DNA of 61,809 bases, counting the filler, from Diploschistes diacapsis (lineage: Eukaryota): assembly GCA_023645945.1 (NCBI GenBank). It is 10 parts of 10 records of this genome, joined end to end, with 100 filler letters (N's around TTAATTAATTAA, not from the genome) between each part and the next. Parts side by side here need not be neighbours in the genome. Positions count along the whole stretch, not along the records: positions 1 to 26,339 come from JALAIB010000183.1; 9 more parts are not named here. One strand, written 5' to 3'. A program made the position numbers and the translations under genes. Below are positions 10,421-25,523 of this stretch, one piece after another; the stretch's first letter is position 1; each line of letters opens with the position of its first letter. Under the pieces are notes generated by a model. That model did not search any database, was not told the origin of the DNA, and saw nothing but the letters and a program-made list of their open reading frames with translations.

Positions 10421-13290
10421 AGAGGTGGTCATATCTAAACACAGAATGAGCGAGGGTACGCTCAAATTCTATCTACTATAGCCTGCAGACCACCGAAGTA
10501 ATACTGGATTGGGTAACCATCCGTGAAGTCTCGCTGCTGCATGTTTTTTGATGATTTTTTGGGATAGCCCGCTGACCATTGGCTCTGATCGGTAGACTCC
10601 TTACCTGGCTTGGCATCAAGACTAGACCCTGCGACGCTTAGCGCAACATCTACTTCAAATGACGCAAGAAGCGAAAGTCAGAGCTGCGTAGGTGCAGATA
10701 CCGAGAGGCGACATTTTCTTAACTTTAAGGCAGAAGATATTGTAGGTAAAAGGAATGTTTGCTATGTGGGTGTATTGGAGAGCTTCCCGAGCATCAGAAC
10801 TTTACTAGCCAAAGTTCAGAATACACTCAAGCATTGGCCGGGCTACTAGGCCATTAGCACGTTCGCGCCTGTTTGAGTTAGCGAGGGTTGCAGGTAGTAC
10901 AAAGAACTTTCGCAAAGGGCTGCTGCATAACATATAGGCGCAGGATCTTCAGGGCCGCATGCAAAGTTACCGCAGCATGTATCGTGACATAAAGATTCTC
11001 ACCAGCCCACTTGGATTCCATATGAAGATGCCTAGTATTTTTGCATAAGCATGTAATAATAACATGGAATTTGAAGGGCTAGATGTTCTGGCCGCATGGA
11101 GTCAACATTCCGAGACACTGATGGATCTGCGTTAACAAGCATGCCTCCTTTCGAGGAATCTTTCAATGGAAATTGGTCAAGCAACCACAGGAGATCTCTG
11201 CCACTCAGCGATAGCTTCGTCCGACTCTGCTTCCTGATATATTAAGGACTAGCTGACGTCCTTCATAACATGGAAAAGAGCGTAGGTGGGTACCTGAACC
11301 TGTTTATTTGCTCAGGGGATCCTGATGTAGCCCCTGCGTCACGTTATCGGTCAAGATAGTCAGGGAACGTTGAGGCACAGCTGCGATGTTATATGCATTA
11401 AATCTAGTATTGACAGCTTGCTCCTTGTTTCCGAGAACAACTATTTGATACCAAAATTCGAGGCTGTGCTTCCATCTTCATCTTTTAGCATAAATTGTCG
11501 GTTATTTGAGGATAGGGTTTTGAGATTTCTAAAGTTCTGCACCGATATTTGTGCTAGTGGGCCGAATGTCTGCACCGCAAACAATCCTTTGACAAATCGC
11601 AATCGAATGAAGAATCACCCAGAACTATTGAGTGCTTGCAACATCACGGGCCAAGCTTTGAACATGGCTAAGGTGGAAGCCCGATGCATTGGTTGTTGTG
11701 CCACGCTGTTATATGATATTGCTCCTGGATGATACGACATGATGCAGATCAACAGCGACCATTCTAGGCAGAACACTCCGTACCATTGGTGCAAGATGTG
11801 ATGCTGAACTCCGCAGCCAAGAAGCATAGTGTTGGAAGCAGCTTGATTGACTGTGCCTCTTCTCCGGTGCCCTGAGCTGAAATACCTGTGGTCCCTAGTG
11901 TTTACTTCAGAATAGCTAATGCAGACATGACCGATACCTCGTAAGTCTCTTGCGCCCCAATAGGCATGAAACCAATCCCAAGCCTTTTGAAGTGGTCTCT
12001 TGGTCTCCGGATAAGGGTTCAAGGCAACAGTGTCGCCTACCTGTTTTTAATGGGCCGTCTCCTATCATATTAGTAACATTCACCTCTTATGTTGATCGTT
12101 GAATGACCAGACATCTGAACAATGTCAGGATATCGGCTTTTCCCTACTAGGCAAAAGGGGTCACCTCAAATAGCAAATCACCACTAAGCGAAAGCCTTTG
12201 TATCACCGATAAGCGTGTGACAGATGATCCTTGGCCATGCAAATACCTTTCTTAGTCGCCGGTCTTGTAGTAAACGCCGGCATACGGGAGATGGACCCAT
12301 GAATTCCCTGGAAGAAAGGCAGTTCGTTCTCCTTGTCCAAAGTTTTGTTTTTGAAGGAACCTGACCAGCACCAGGATTCGGATCCCATGCCTGAACTGAT
12401 GTCTTTCATAGCAAGCACCTCTGTATGAGATTATGTTATCTATCCGGTTGCACGTGCTGATGTTGAACCAACATGATTAATCAATATCTAGCTGGAACTT
12501 GCCCAGACTAAGAATCTGAACATAGTAATGAAATAAAACGCGAACACACCGGTCCGGAAAGAGTTGGATTTCAGCAACGAGGGTTCTTTAAACAGTAATC
12601 ATAAGATGTCCTTTGGGATTTTCGGAAAGAGGTGGAGAAAAGAGGTTCTCGCTTCATGTATGAGCACCACGAGAAGATGGAGGCTAAATTAATCTCAATT
12701 ATGACGAAAAAGTTTAGATGATACGCAACAGAACGCCAATCATTTGCAACCCAAAAATGAACTTGCTGTGAAAAAGCAGAGAAATTTCCTCGCCAGTCCC
12801 AGTTGATAGATTGGGTAACTTCTGCAATAAGAGCCAAAGCATAGGTCAAGGCCTGGAAAGCCTCAGCTGTGATATGGTACAAAGCGCAGGGCAACCTTCA
12901 GAACAAAGCTATGCAATCATTGTGTCTCATGCTGTAGCTGAAGGGAAGGTGAGATAATATTCATTAGGAACAAAACCCAGGGGACTAGAGTTTTTTCCGG
13001 ACAATGTTATTCATTGCATCCTTCTCAGTGTGGAGACACAAGTTTGATCTGGATACTGCATTCAATACCGAACACGTCGAAAGTGAAATCAGAAATTCAC
13101 ACTCAAGAACTTCCCCAGCGCAAACCATTCCAGAAAATGTGGAGTGTATAATAGCCTGCTTTGCAAATAACTTACAAACAAACTTCAACGACTTTACTTC
13201 AGCCCTAGTTTTCATATAGATGGGAGATAGGCGGTGATATTTAATGCAACTTATATTATATGTATTAGGAGCTACTTTCTACTCAGATGA

Positions 13291-13397
13291 GCACAGTTGG
13301 CCGAGTGGTCTAAGGCGTAGGTCTCAAGATTTTGTCTTCACTGTTAAGCAGTGTTCCTATGGAGGAATCCGCGTGCGTTCGAATCGCACACTGTGCA
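13291..13397 (+). tRNA. tRNA-Leu(CAA) with intron
   Basis: Acceptor GCACAGT/ACTGTGC-A, D-arm GCCGAGTGGTCTAAGGC, CT-CAA-G anticodon (13325-13327), intron of about 24 nt, long variable arm, T-arm GTGCG-TTCGAAT-CGCAC, then an oligo-T terminator. Confidence 0.93.
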
Positions 13398-13810
13398 TTT
13401 ATTTTTTAATACTTCTCAATAACCTTTTATTGGCTTCTATATTAAACTGCATGATACATAAGATCTCAATTCGCCCCGTATCAGGAATATTCAAACATGT
13501 AAATCTGTTTTAATCATCTACACACACTCGCTAAGCGAAAATGAACCCTGATTAACCGAAGTAGTTCACGAAAAACGAGCCTGGAGTAAATAGACAAATC
13601 CTCAGTTTTTCACATGAGTCTTATGTCATCCTTTTTTATTTGTGATGACTATATACACACTCTTTCATGTCTCGACTCTGCCCAGTGACCAGGCTTTCTT
13701 CCCGTATAGTTTCACTCACCTCAGCTTCCCTCTTGTTAGAAGGGAGCAAATGAAATATTCAATTTCTACACAGCATAAAGGGACATTTCAATGCGTTCCC
13801 TATTGTTGTC

Positions 13811-15407
13811 ATGCAGAAGGAGGATGGCGCCTCGGCTTCCTCTCCACTCACAGAAGCCAACTTTCCGCTGTGCAGAAGATTCAAGATAGCAGAGTTCCTT
13901 CAGGGTCTGCGCGAAGGCCTTTTACAATCACATGTATCTTGCTGGGTTTCAACTTATCATTGCTTCGCTCCTCGTGCTTCGATTCAATGTGCACTTAATA
14001 TGGAGAGCTTGAAAAATTCTTGGACTGTTCGCAGCAATGGCCTGACACTAAACATCCGGCTATCCTTTCATGGCGAACCTGCCACGCTTCGAGAACATGA
14101 CATGCTACTACACGGGCTAATTGACAGGATACTTCATGCAGAGGTGATTTTGGGCTATCTCCCGATACATCAGAGCTTATTGCGTATCTCAGGTGTGGTC
14201 CAAACTTGGGCTCGATGTTTCTATTGTCGACATATTGCCTCAAAGATTTTCTCTGGCTCTAAAGCATACGTCGTCGAATATGATCAACGACAGAGCCCTC
14301 AGCCCGAAGATGCCGCACTCTGCAACAGACGTGACACCTCCACCAAGGATTTGCGTTATCGCCGTGCATAGCATTGATATTGAGGTCGCGCTCTCTGCAG
14401 TACCAAGCTTAGAGCAGATGCAAGCGTCTAGTTATTCGCATGCACACCCTACCGTGCACTATTTGCAGCAGCAGCCATCTGGGGTGGGACACAGCGGGCA
14501 CAGTCGCTCCGCAACAAGCCCAATGGTAGCCAGTCTCAGCAACAATATTTCTTTAAATAAGCGAGATACCACTCCAAACCCAGATGCTAAACATCATGAC
14601 GACTTCCAGGAGCTTGAATCCACGGGAAGTACAGAATATCTCCACCACGAAGGTTCTCTGGCTAGGATGGCCTCCCGAGCAATGAGCCGCAGTCTCACTT
14701 CTCCATACTTAGGCTCAACGAGCGCTTCTGAAGTCTCTGGTTACGAGAGACTTATTGATTCCGCTTTAATATCCTCCATTTCTGGCACTTCTTGGCCTGA
14801 CAGCAACGGCATTACAACTGAGAGGACTCCCGGTGGGCTCAGTCTTAGCGAGCTTTTTCCGTCTCTCTTTAATCCAGGCTATTTCGAGGTAGTAGTTTTT
14901 TCGTAGAGCATTATTTTCTCTCTGCTGACGCTCTTGTTCCAGAAAATGCGACAATGCAGCACCTTTATATCCACCATAACCCACTCGCTGAGCTCCATGG
15001 TGGACCGGTCGAGATCCTCCAAGCGCTTTATCCAGTATGGCTCGTCATCCACATTCGCACAACAACTTTGGTCTCTGGCTCGACGGGAATCATATGATGA
15101 CGATGCAACAAAAAACATTCTCTCCTGTTTGCTTACCGGTGGTTCCCTGGGGCAAAATTCTGGGACAGAAGCTGAATCTTTTGCGGCTGATTGTGGATTG
15201 TCACCAGAATCAATGCTCGAGGAGTCATTTCATAGCACAAACGACGCTGAGGAATTGGACAAAATGCTGGACGAGGAATTTGATCTGCTTTCAGAGAGCG
15301 ATAGCTATGACGGACCTCTATTCGATATGATAGATGAGCAGGCGCCTTTTGGTAGTCTACAGTACGAGCATGGTGGATCTGGCGAAGAAGAAATTGTTTC
15401 CGATTGA
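13811..15407 (+). CDS. Hypothetical fungal protein, multi-exon, acidic C-terminus
   Basis: Three long ORFs are joined in frame by GT-AG introns (GCAGAG|gtgatt...tctcag|GTGTGG and TTCGAG|gtagta...ttccag|AAAATG). No recognisable domain. Start and end are uncertain. Confidence 0.6.
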
Positions 15408-18400
15408 TGGTTTATACTTTTTGGGCCAAGCTTTGGAAGCAATACCAACATAGGTACTCATGTAGAAATTCGATCTTGGATCTGAGATTGCTCTCCTGGT
15501 TCCAATTCCGAGTCTATAGCACATCATGATTCCCTTATATCTTGCTCTAAATGAGATCCATATGAGCAGGCCACTAAGTAAGTTTTCCTCAAAGTCCATA
15601 CTCTGTGAAATAACATCTGACACTTTCACAGCTGCCTTGTTTGATAAAGATTGGTTCCGGTTCTACCGCCCACAATCACTCTATGCGTATCGCTTTAGCA
15701 TTCACCACAACTGTTTTATGAAATAGCGCCAGATTGTCCCTTTACGCTTCGCCCATACTACATTCACTCTCGATCCGTTTGATATCGTCTCACGATCTAT
15801 TCACCAAGCAGTTTGTGGATCTAAGTTCCAATATTGGTATAGTCAAACTCACAAAGGTCAATTTAAGTTGTCGTCTTCCTTCTTCTCTTTTTCAATACCC
15901 TTTCTTTTCTGCCCTACATACATTCATAGAATGTGATCTCTGCACCCTCGCCAACCCTTCTTATCTATCATTGAAGGGACATCATAACAACACAGAGGGA
16001 TTGTTACTAATTTGCTATTATCTCTGCAATGAATGCCATTCTGAGATGAGTGTTATTACTTCTAGTGCGTGGAACAGTTCGATATCTTAAGATAAAAAAA
16101 ATGCATAGGGGTAAAGGTAGCGCCTATTACTTTGCACATGGCCAGTTGACTAGCGAGATATGCTAAGGAGAGAAAAAGAAATGAGCTACAGCTTGCAACC
16201 TTTGCGATGTCCGACTCACTATCCCGCTTTTCGAGGCAAAGAAACTAACTATACAGGGCTTCTTTCCAACTGCTAAACGAAAAGCTGGCCGTGCATTAAT
16301 TTCTGCCAAATAAAAATCCAAAATTATCTTATGTATGAGGCTCTCGAGCGTTTCGTACACCTCGGATTTCGCCCGGCTTCTTGTATGGCCAAGATAACCG
16401 CAGCCTCCTCCTTTATCTTAGAGCTAAGATGGACAAAAAGTCATAAGAAGCAACCGAGTCGACGTCTGGGGTGATTCAATTAACAAAAGCGGAATATATT
16501 TAGGGCCTGTCAAGATTAGACACTAGAAAGACGACGAGGAGACGATGATATCGAATGATTGATTCATTGGAGTGGCCCAACGAGACACCAGAATTCACAT
16601 TTAAGACTCGATCTGAAGCAAGCTAAGGACGCAGGAGCACTGGTAGCAAAGATAACGTCGCGGCTTGACATGATAACTGTTTGCCAAGAAACAGGCGTGA
16701 AATGGCGGAAAAGCGAAAGGAAACGAAATAAGGGACCGGAAGTAATCTACGGGAAACAATGCTTTCAGCCAAACTAAACCAACGATAGGATCTAGCGGCA
16801 GGAAGCTTATGCATTTAAGGAAGAGATCCCCTTTACCTTTCTTATATCTTCATCATCAGAACTGTGGAACAAACCCACCACCTACCCCGGAGGGTAGGCG
16901 GAGGTCGATGTTCAGGGACTTCCTGAGGGCACACAGTATCCACAGACGCCAACGAGGCCAAGACATTCTAGCCTAGAAGTAATTTCTGAATCGAGACAAC
17001 TAACCAGAACCCCTGGCAACGACAGAGATGTACGCGACACCTATCCTGATGGACAATGGCCAAAGCTTCAAATACTATAAGTAATTTCATGGGCTTTGTT
17101 GAAATTTGTCCCACAACCTTGCAGACGGGGGGACGTACGAATATCCAGACCAGAACTGCCGCATGGAGCAATGAGAGCTAAGAACGTTCGTCGTACCGAT
17201 CTTACCCTGGTATATGGGCGTACAGGTAGACTATCAATGTCTAGACATAGCTGGAGCTGGAACGTGGAAATAAGGGTTTTTTGTACACCGAGACCTAGTT
17301 TCTGGTTTTTCGTCGTCATCGGGCCTGTATAACATGTATAGTAGTGTTCCTTATTCATTCGCTGCAGCTACATAGATTACCGGGTTGGGCGCCATCTCTG
17401 ACGTAAATGGACTGATCCTTTGGTGATGGAAGAACAGCTAAAGATTTTCAATCCGAAGACACGCGATGCATACTTCAAGAATTGGATAGCCGAAGCGACC
17501 ATAGCGTTGAAAGAGCACTTCTGTGCCATGAGGTCTGCGGAGTTTTCACGTGGGTTTTCTGCAAACACTATCCATTGAGGTTGATACCGTGTTCTTATCG
17601 AAGGGCAGTCCGTTATGGACGTTCTATCCAACTAGCGTTCCTCAACTACTCGCTGCAAAAGGCTGACAGGATATCATACACACAAAAATTATAGAAATAA
17701 AACAAGCTCACGAGTTGGCTAGCAGTGGCTGCCCGGCTGTGCTTAGGCTTAAGAACTGGTCGTGTACAGATGGGGGCTTGTGGAACTCTTAGTCCAAATG
17801 GCACTGTAGGCCGATGCCATGCAGGTTTTTGGACCCAAAATCCCAGTTGCCTGTGGATTTCCCGATGGTTCACGATCAACTAGAACATTATACCCATCGA
17901 TTATATGGATCTTTTAGACAACGAATGAAGGCTGTTAGCGATGTTTATCATCGCAAGCATGGATCAAGGTCCTGATTACTCCTCAAGATGCGGCAGCGCT
18001 TTTAGCAAACATAGCAGCGAAACACTTGGATAAAAAGCATTCCTTGGTCAATACTCTATATGATTTGGTTGAGATGAATTGACCATTTTCATGCCCAGCG
18101 GTCTATACAGTCCTGACGGATACCTGCACCCATATAAGGATCTGTAGAGCGAAAGATCAGACCACGGTACAGTGTTTCATAACTGGAATGATGATCGAGA
18201 TACACGGACGAAATCACTGAAGCTTAAATGCGAAAGGAAAATCCTGGGGGAGGGTTATATATTGGAGGTGGCGAGCATACAATTGAGTATACCGGTCATT
18301 ACTTCCTGCAATGATTTAAGCGCCCGGAAGATGAAAGCCAAGAATCAGAGCATAACCGAGACGTACTGGTGATACAAAGATTGATTTTGACGAATCTGAT

Positions 18401-21400
18401 CCATTTCGTCCCGTCCAATCAGTTGCAACTCTCGGGATATGGTGGTTGGGAAGAAAAGTCTCACAGAACTGCGAATTCCCCGAACGTATAGGATTGCTGT
18501 TTCTTCAGCAAATTAATATTAAGCACACAAACTATAACAAGCTTACTGGAAGGGACAACTTCGCCTTCGACAAGGTTTTTATGACTTCTCATCAGACTCA
18601 AACCGCCTGCGTTGCTTCGATTAGATGGCGCAAGGAGTATCTTAGTTTCGAGATGCAAAGAATTATTGGGAATGTTTATCATAGCGAACATAGATCAGTA
18701 CCAAACCGAAAGTTGACTCGAGGCCTTGAAGATAGAGGACCTTGCTCGCTTGTCCTATCCAAAATGCTCGGTTTTCCTACGCAGTCCTTTGTTGGTTTAG
18801 CTATATATAACGAGACATGGAGCCCAACTCGCGCAAGATTCTCAACATGTGAAATACAGAAGGGCAGGGCTCCTTGGCCACCTTGTTGTCAGCTGTCTTC
18901 GGAAACACCAGCCCCAGTTATCTACAGGCCGGAAACAAGCGGCTATGGTCCAGTAACCTATGTTCCAGCCAAAAGAGGGCACAAGAGCCACACAATTTGA
19001 CTGGTATCCTGCACGATATTGGCGTGTCAATGCCTTGAAAACCCGCTTGAAGGTCCCTTGCGGATATCAAACAGAATTCGTATATTGTTGATGAGGATTA
19101 TAGACATGGTAGGCGTGTCTCTTTCCTGCAGACTCAGTGACGCTGGTCTCTCTTGAAAAGGTTGGCACAGCTTTGAACTTGAGCAATGAGTTTGCTTAAA
19201 AATACCAGATTCAGTGCCGAAGTGCAAGTCTTGTGAAACTTGCGCTTAGTACATTGAAGGCTTGAACTGAGAGAGCTAGCATAATAGAAGTGGCGCAAGT
19301 TTCCGTATACAGATATTGAACTTCCTAGAGTTTCAAGCGCGAAGGAGAGTTCATGAAAGTTGACCTGACAAACTGGCTGTAGTCCAAAGAATTTAGACCT
19401 GCACTATCCTGGGAAAGAGGAAGGGTTAGAGATCGCATAGCTCGCATTTTGAGACAGGCTATCCAGCTACATGACATGGACCTAATAAGTATTGATTAGG
19501 TACACTGAGAGTACGAAACCTTCCACAAACCAGATAGGTTCTCTGCCGTTACCACCTTGCTTTCGATCGTCTAAGCTCTCTCGGATTCTTCAGGGTGGAA
19601 AATAGATCCTGGTACTTGGGCACCTATATATACCAGCCAGTCATGAAGAGTCCAGAAGTGAGATGCTCTCGAACTATGATAAGGATACGATAAACTTTGT
19701 CTGCGCCAGGAAACGAGAAGCCATCCAAATCCGATCTACCAGAGCTCGATCAATATTACCGGCTTGCGGACCATGTCGGGCTGCCCAATACTAGCGTAGA
19801 TAGGAATACTGGGGTCGCTCAAAGTTGTGAGGCTATGCTTGTTTCCATCGATTTTCTCTAACTTTTCCGTTCTCGGCTGGACATAAAAGGGTAATCACAC
19901 GGGAGAAGGAGGATGCTAGAAAAGAAAAACCATAAGAACCGTTGAGGGTATGGATGAGTCTTCAACCGATCATGATAGGATTGTATACCTACCACGCTGT
20001 TTCCAAACAGAGACAGGGACGATAAAAACAACCATCCCAAATTCGGGGATACGAGGAAATGGTGAGCTGAAAAGGACATCCCGCAAACCTAGCCAGTTAG
20101 GGAGAGCTACCCGTGAGAAATTCCGAGAACAGGGGGGTTTGGGGATGACCAGCAGCCAGCTAAATCACCTCGCTTGCTCGTCATTCTCTTAGGCTCTCGG
20201 GCGGACATGGTACTCATACCTGCGACATAAGCATATATGTTAGGTTTTGGTGGATAGCAGGGCTTGGGAACCGCTCAAGGCCGTACTAGGTAGGTGCTTA
20301 CCTCATTAAATCTCGGTATGCGAAATAAAAGAGAGCCAGAGGCAAGTTCCTAGAAAAGTCTGCGGGACGAGCGAGGGAGAGATAGCGGAGTGGTAGTGAT
20401 GTATTGACCTGATAAACTAGAGATGGATTCTTAATTGGAGGACAGAGTCTAAGAAATGGGACAGGATCGTCAAGGGAATCGAACTGACAGCATTGAATGC
20501 AAGCCAGGCTGATAAAAGGGTTTTGAATCGTCTTTCCTCCACTACACTAAAGGGGCAGGAACCACCACATCTTGTGGATAATCCGGCCCAGGCATATCGT
20601 CAGCAGAAGGACTCCGAGCTCCGACATGACCAATTTCACATGGATTTAGGTGTACAATTAACAGTTTTAAGCAAACTACGACTAGACAAAGCTGTGTTCA
20701 AACACGAACTTGAACAGGATACTTCCCGAGCAAAATCTTAAATCCAAGTGATAGGAGTATTACTATACTCTCCTGATGTCACTAACTTAACAGCTTACAA
20801 AGACATAATCTCTCTACGGCCTCGTCTGTGTCAGCTTCTTTGATATGTCTGGGCTCGATGATTACCAGATTTGCTGCAGATAATGAGATAATTTAGAGGC
20901 TAAAGAAGGCTCAAGGTTCGATTGAGGGACATAATGGATACCTCGGAAGAGCAATTTTGGAGTGAGGATTTCCGAAATCTCGAGCAGGAAACGAGTGTCT
21001 CATCTCGTCTGAACATAGGCACAAGGCATAGAGTGGGGGAGCAAGCAAAGCTCAAACTCATGGAATAGAAAGAGGAAGCTACATACTCACCGGCCCGTGG
21101 TAATACACTTTAAAATCATAATCCTGAAACACAAGCCGGAGATGATATATATACCGAAGTTAAAGCTACGGAACGAAGCACCGATCAAGTGTGAAAACCG
21201 GGCAGTTCCTCGGGGACCTGCTCTGCTGTCACTGATTCGGTGTGAGTATCTACCCGTCGTCACTTAACTATTCAATCGATTTTGCATCTCTAAGGAACAT
21301 GGAGAAGGAGTCCTTTTGGTGGAGTAAATAAACCTAATAGGATTGAGAAAAGAAGTGAAAGAACTGCATCCAGGAGTGTTGAGTTCACCGGATGTCCGGC

Positions 21401-24008
21401 TGGAACCCGGTCAGGAGACGGGGTCAACAAATGAGAAGAGCTTAGGACCGGCTATGCGTTCCCATCGAAGCCTCTTATTACAGATACAAGGTTGGCATCG
21501 AAAGCTATGAGGGACATATGCGGATCTTTCCGCTAAACTATTACATTCTGAGGAATCGGGTGGATGGAGGCAAGCCGTCGATGACAGGATCATCAGTGTA
21601 GAAACCAAACCGCATAAAAAGCGCCAGCCTCTAAGAGTAGTGAGGTAGCTGTATTGGTCCGTTGGTCTAAATAGTAGCAAGAAAGCAAGGGGTACATCTT
21701 CGTTTGTCGAATCTCCAGAGTCGAGCACTTCTGCATGGAACCGATCGAGAAGGAGATGAATACCGCATAGATATAGAGCACCTACCTACTTCCTTTTACT
21801 TTACCTAGAGCTTGAGCTTGGGGGTGAGCCAGCAAGGCGGCGCGCATGGTGCACCATCTAGTGACGGAGGAGGGCTGAGCTATCAAGTTGCGAGGAAAAT
21901 CGTGCGGGAAGGGGTGGTAGCCTTTCTAGGTTGGATTATCTTCGCTACATAACCCTACGGACAGGTCTTTGCTGCTGTATGCGCTGGGTAATCTCACCAA
22001 CAGAGCAATTTGACTTAGGAATCAAATTATGAGTGACCTGAGACAACGTAAGATAATATTGATAGGCCGTCGAAGTTATTCATAAACGGATGGAAAAGTT
22101 TAGGAAACAAGTTACTTGCGCTGAGCCAAGGAACAGGATGCACATCAGAGCTCGATGAAAGCGAACAGTTCTACGAAGGGAATCACGATGCTGGATGGCA
22201 TGATTCCCAGGACAGAGTCGGACTGGGCAGAACGCCCATCTCCCGTCAGCTGAAGCGTCTGGATCATATTTAGGATTTTAAAACAATCTGCTAAAGTAAG
22301 CAAACGTTCCTCCGGACCGGTTCCTAAGCCAATTATCGATACTACTCTTGATTCGGTAGTGTACTTACTACAAAGACTGGACACTGTTCTTCTATTATGA
22401 CACAGTATGATATTTATTTCACAAAGATGGTCTTACCGAACAAAAAATTGAGATTAAATCAGGAGAAGAGCATTGGCAATATCACAATTGTACAGAATAA
22501 CCGTAATATACATCTACGCACTTGCTTATTGAAATTTATATGCGGGTGGAGGAAGCCTTACTTATCGCTCGACTTGAACCAAGATGAGGTTGCGTCTCTC
22601 AGCAGGTGCAAACCCTCACGGAAAGCCTTCCAATGTCAGGCCGAGCTCCAAGCGTTACTGCTGAATGTCTAGTAGAAAGAAGAAGCTTGCTTGCCTCGAG
22701 TTCTGATAACGACGAGGCAGAAGTGTACCAAAAGTTCGTTCAAAGAAAAGAAGAGCCTTTGAAGGGAAGCCTTACTCTTTCTCCGCAAGATGTTGACGAA
22801 GCTAAGAGAGATGTTGTGATAGGTGATGAAAAGATTCCTGTAGGATCTCTACTCCAGATAACAGAAATGAGGAGCAACAGGCCTCATTATACCGTCTAAG
22901 CTTCCGCAAACAGCATTTGGAACCATTAAGGAACTGGACCAGGATTCGAGTTAAAGAAATGGGACTCAGGGTGAAGCAACGCAAAAGACGTCAGGAAACT
23001 CAGCTCCCCCCTTGCACGATTGCCTTAGAGTCGAACAGGCATGCTATGGCTTTCCCAAACCCTATACAGAAGACACCATCTCGTTTTTCTGACAGGGGGA
23101 AATTAACGAAAATCATCAACTTTGTTGGGCCACTTCGGGACTTGACCAACCACATGGAGAACTGGAAGACCTGTTGCTGAGTATACTTTTGTGGCAATAT
23201 AGGAGCCGACTGGGTCTCGGGAGTACATGTTGGATCCGCTGACAGCTGGGTCCCTTGAAGATCCAATGCCGATGGCTACAGGGGATTTCGGAGATCCTGG
23301 TGCTTAAACATTTGCGTTCTAGTATCACACTCGTACTACAGGAAAGTTGGGAACTTAATCAAAGTATTAGCGATTTCACCGCGCGTCAAGACCCGGAAAT
23401 TGTCATGTTTGAAGAGTTTTATTTTAGTATCTTACCCTTGTTACAGGGAACACCATTAAGAGTTGCAGTATAAGTGTTTGAGGGAATACAACAGCCTCGT
23501 GACTTTGACGCTTCAAGACTTTTGCTGTCACCCCCTTACTGTTATAGGGAAGATTGGAACATAATCAGAAGCTTTAGACTTCGCCGCACTTAGGAGAAGT
23601 CAAAAGATGATCCACCTTGTGGGAGAGCCGCTTAGGGTGTGTCCTAGCTTCTCGGCTAGCACACATGGGAGCAGACAAAGTGTGTTGTGACCACCGGACA
23701 GGCTGTTTAGTTTGCATGGTTATCAGACCTCTGTATAAAGGCATTCTCCGCATGTGTACTGGGCCAAGAGAAATTTTCAGGACAGCGAGCGGACTACTAC
23801 CAGATGTTTATTAGAATACAAAGGAAGCGTGGTGAGAGTAAGGCAGGTAACATAGACGGTTAGGTATCTGCCTGGGTTAGAAAATGCCGTCCTTCGAGAG
23901 ATGCAAGTCCTGGAATAGCAGTAGAATATGTTAGCTATGTTATTAGAGAGTCTCTTCATAATCTATAGTCGTGATAACAGTGCCTCGCAAATTTCAAAAG
24001 TCCGGTAT

Positions 24009-25523
24009 CTATCCAAGCGTAGCCGATACAAATGGCTTGACAAAGTCATCAATGACCGTCTGATTCCTCCAAGCAGTCCAGTTATGATTCAACAAGCCTG
24101 GAAGAACAGTCAGCAATTAGCTTCCTCGCCAACCCGGGGCGTTTACTTACCCCAAGTCTCGTCATCATCCTGCCTCCCTTGTCTAATATAGTAACTCCCT
24201 GATAATACCCACTGCATCCAACCTCCAGGCCCACCGGGCTGTGAAATAAGATAGCTTTTGAGACACTGCGCATACGCACTCGAGACGCTCCCATCTGTCT
24301 GGTCGAAGCCAAACTCCGTCATTACGACCGGCGCCTTGTTCGGATACGCCGGATCGCTCACGTTCATAGCGCCATAACCGTAGTTATACAGGCCCGGCTC
24401 GATATCGCTGCACGAGTCCGCGGAGTTTTGGTAATTGTGTACCTCGAAAACAAGCTTGTTTGCGAAGGGGAAGGTGGAAGGCTGGAAGTACTGACCGTTC
24501 CCAAGGTCCTGGCCGTTCGTGATGGCGGAGTCGTCAGTATCATAGTTCATGCCTGAGAAGAAAATAAGGGGGAGGCTGTTATTGGAATATACGCCGGTCG
24601 CGGCGGGGATCATGTTCTGATACCAGTCGTACCAATCGTCGGGGGCGGCGTTGTTGCCGCTGTCTTTGGCCTGGCGGAGCTCATTACGGAGGGACATGGA
24701 GGCTAGGGCTGGCCAGGACTTGGCCTGTGGGTGGGTGAGCTTGCATTGTAGCCTTGCGTCCGAGGCTTAGGGATAGGAAAAGAACTTACGTGGTTTGCCA
24801 TGTATCCGAGACCGCGCTGCCAATTGGAGACGTTGAAGTAAGTATCTAGACAGAAAGTGTCGGCATTTATGATTATGACGTTCAAGAGTGCTCAAACCTC
24901 CAAACCAAGCGTTCCCATCCGTCTCGCTGCAGCACCATTGTGCCTTGGAAACGTGGTTATCAAGGTGGACCCAGATTTGCTGGTTGGCGCATTCTGCAGC
25001 AATAGCGTCAAAAACCTGAAGGAGAAGGTCAAGATCAGTAGATTGGTCGTACTGAGAGGCGCGGATTTTGCACTCCTGAAACTCATACCTCAAGTCTAGT
25101 AGTTTGGGCATTGAAGCTTGGGTTATACTTGAGAATCTCTTGCAGAACCTCCGAGCCGTTGTTTGAGCCAAGGGCGTTGAGAAGCGTATTTTGTAGGGTC
25201 TGATTCGGGTTGCTGCTCGCAATATCATCGATCATTTCGATGGCATAGGTCAAGCGAATGACGTTCATCCCGAGGCTCTTAATCATAGAGATAATATTTG
25301 AAACCGAGTTATACTGCAGGCCTTCCGGTAACATGGTGTCTGCAGCACCTGGCCAGTTGAGGCCGGCATACAAAACATGCTGGCCAGAAGCGGAGACTAT
25401 ATCCCTTCCAGATGTTGTGAAGGGAGTGTCAGGCCAGGCACATTTCGCCGGCGTTGACAAATATTGGGGCAAGCTCAAGGCAGCGAGGCCTAGAGAAGAC
25501 AAGGAAAACAAGGAACCACGCAT
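24009..25523 (-). CDS. Secreted GH5 glycoside hydrolase (resembles subfamily 16 endo-beta-1,6-galactanase), 5 exons
   Basis: Signal peptide. Motifs GLNWPGAADTMLPEGLQY, GMNVIRLTYA, VHLDNHVSKAQWCC, MSLRNELR (acid/base Glu), FEVHNY and VMTEFG (nucleophile). Exons 25523-25089, 25015-24898, 24845-24790, 24724-24151, 24097-24009. Confidence 0.9.

Noticed and set aside
10500..24000. Starship element
   Set aside because: No recognisable DUF3435 tyrosine recombinase or element boundaries.
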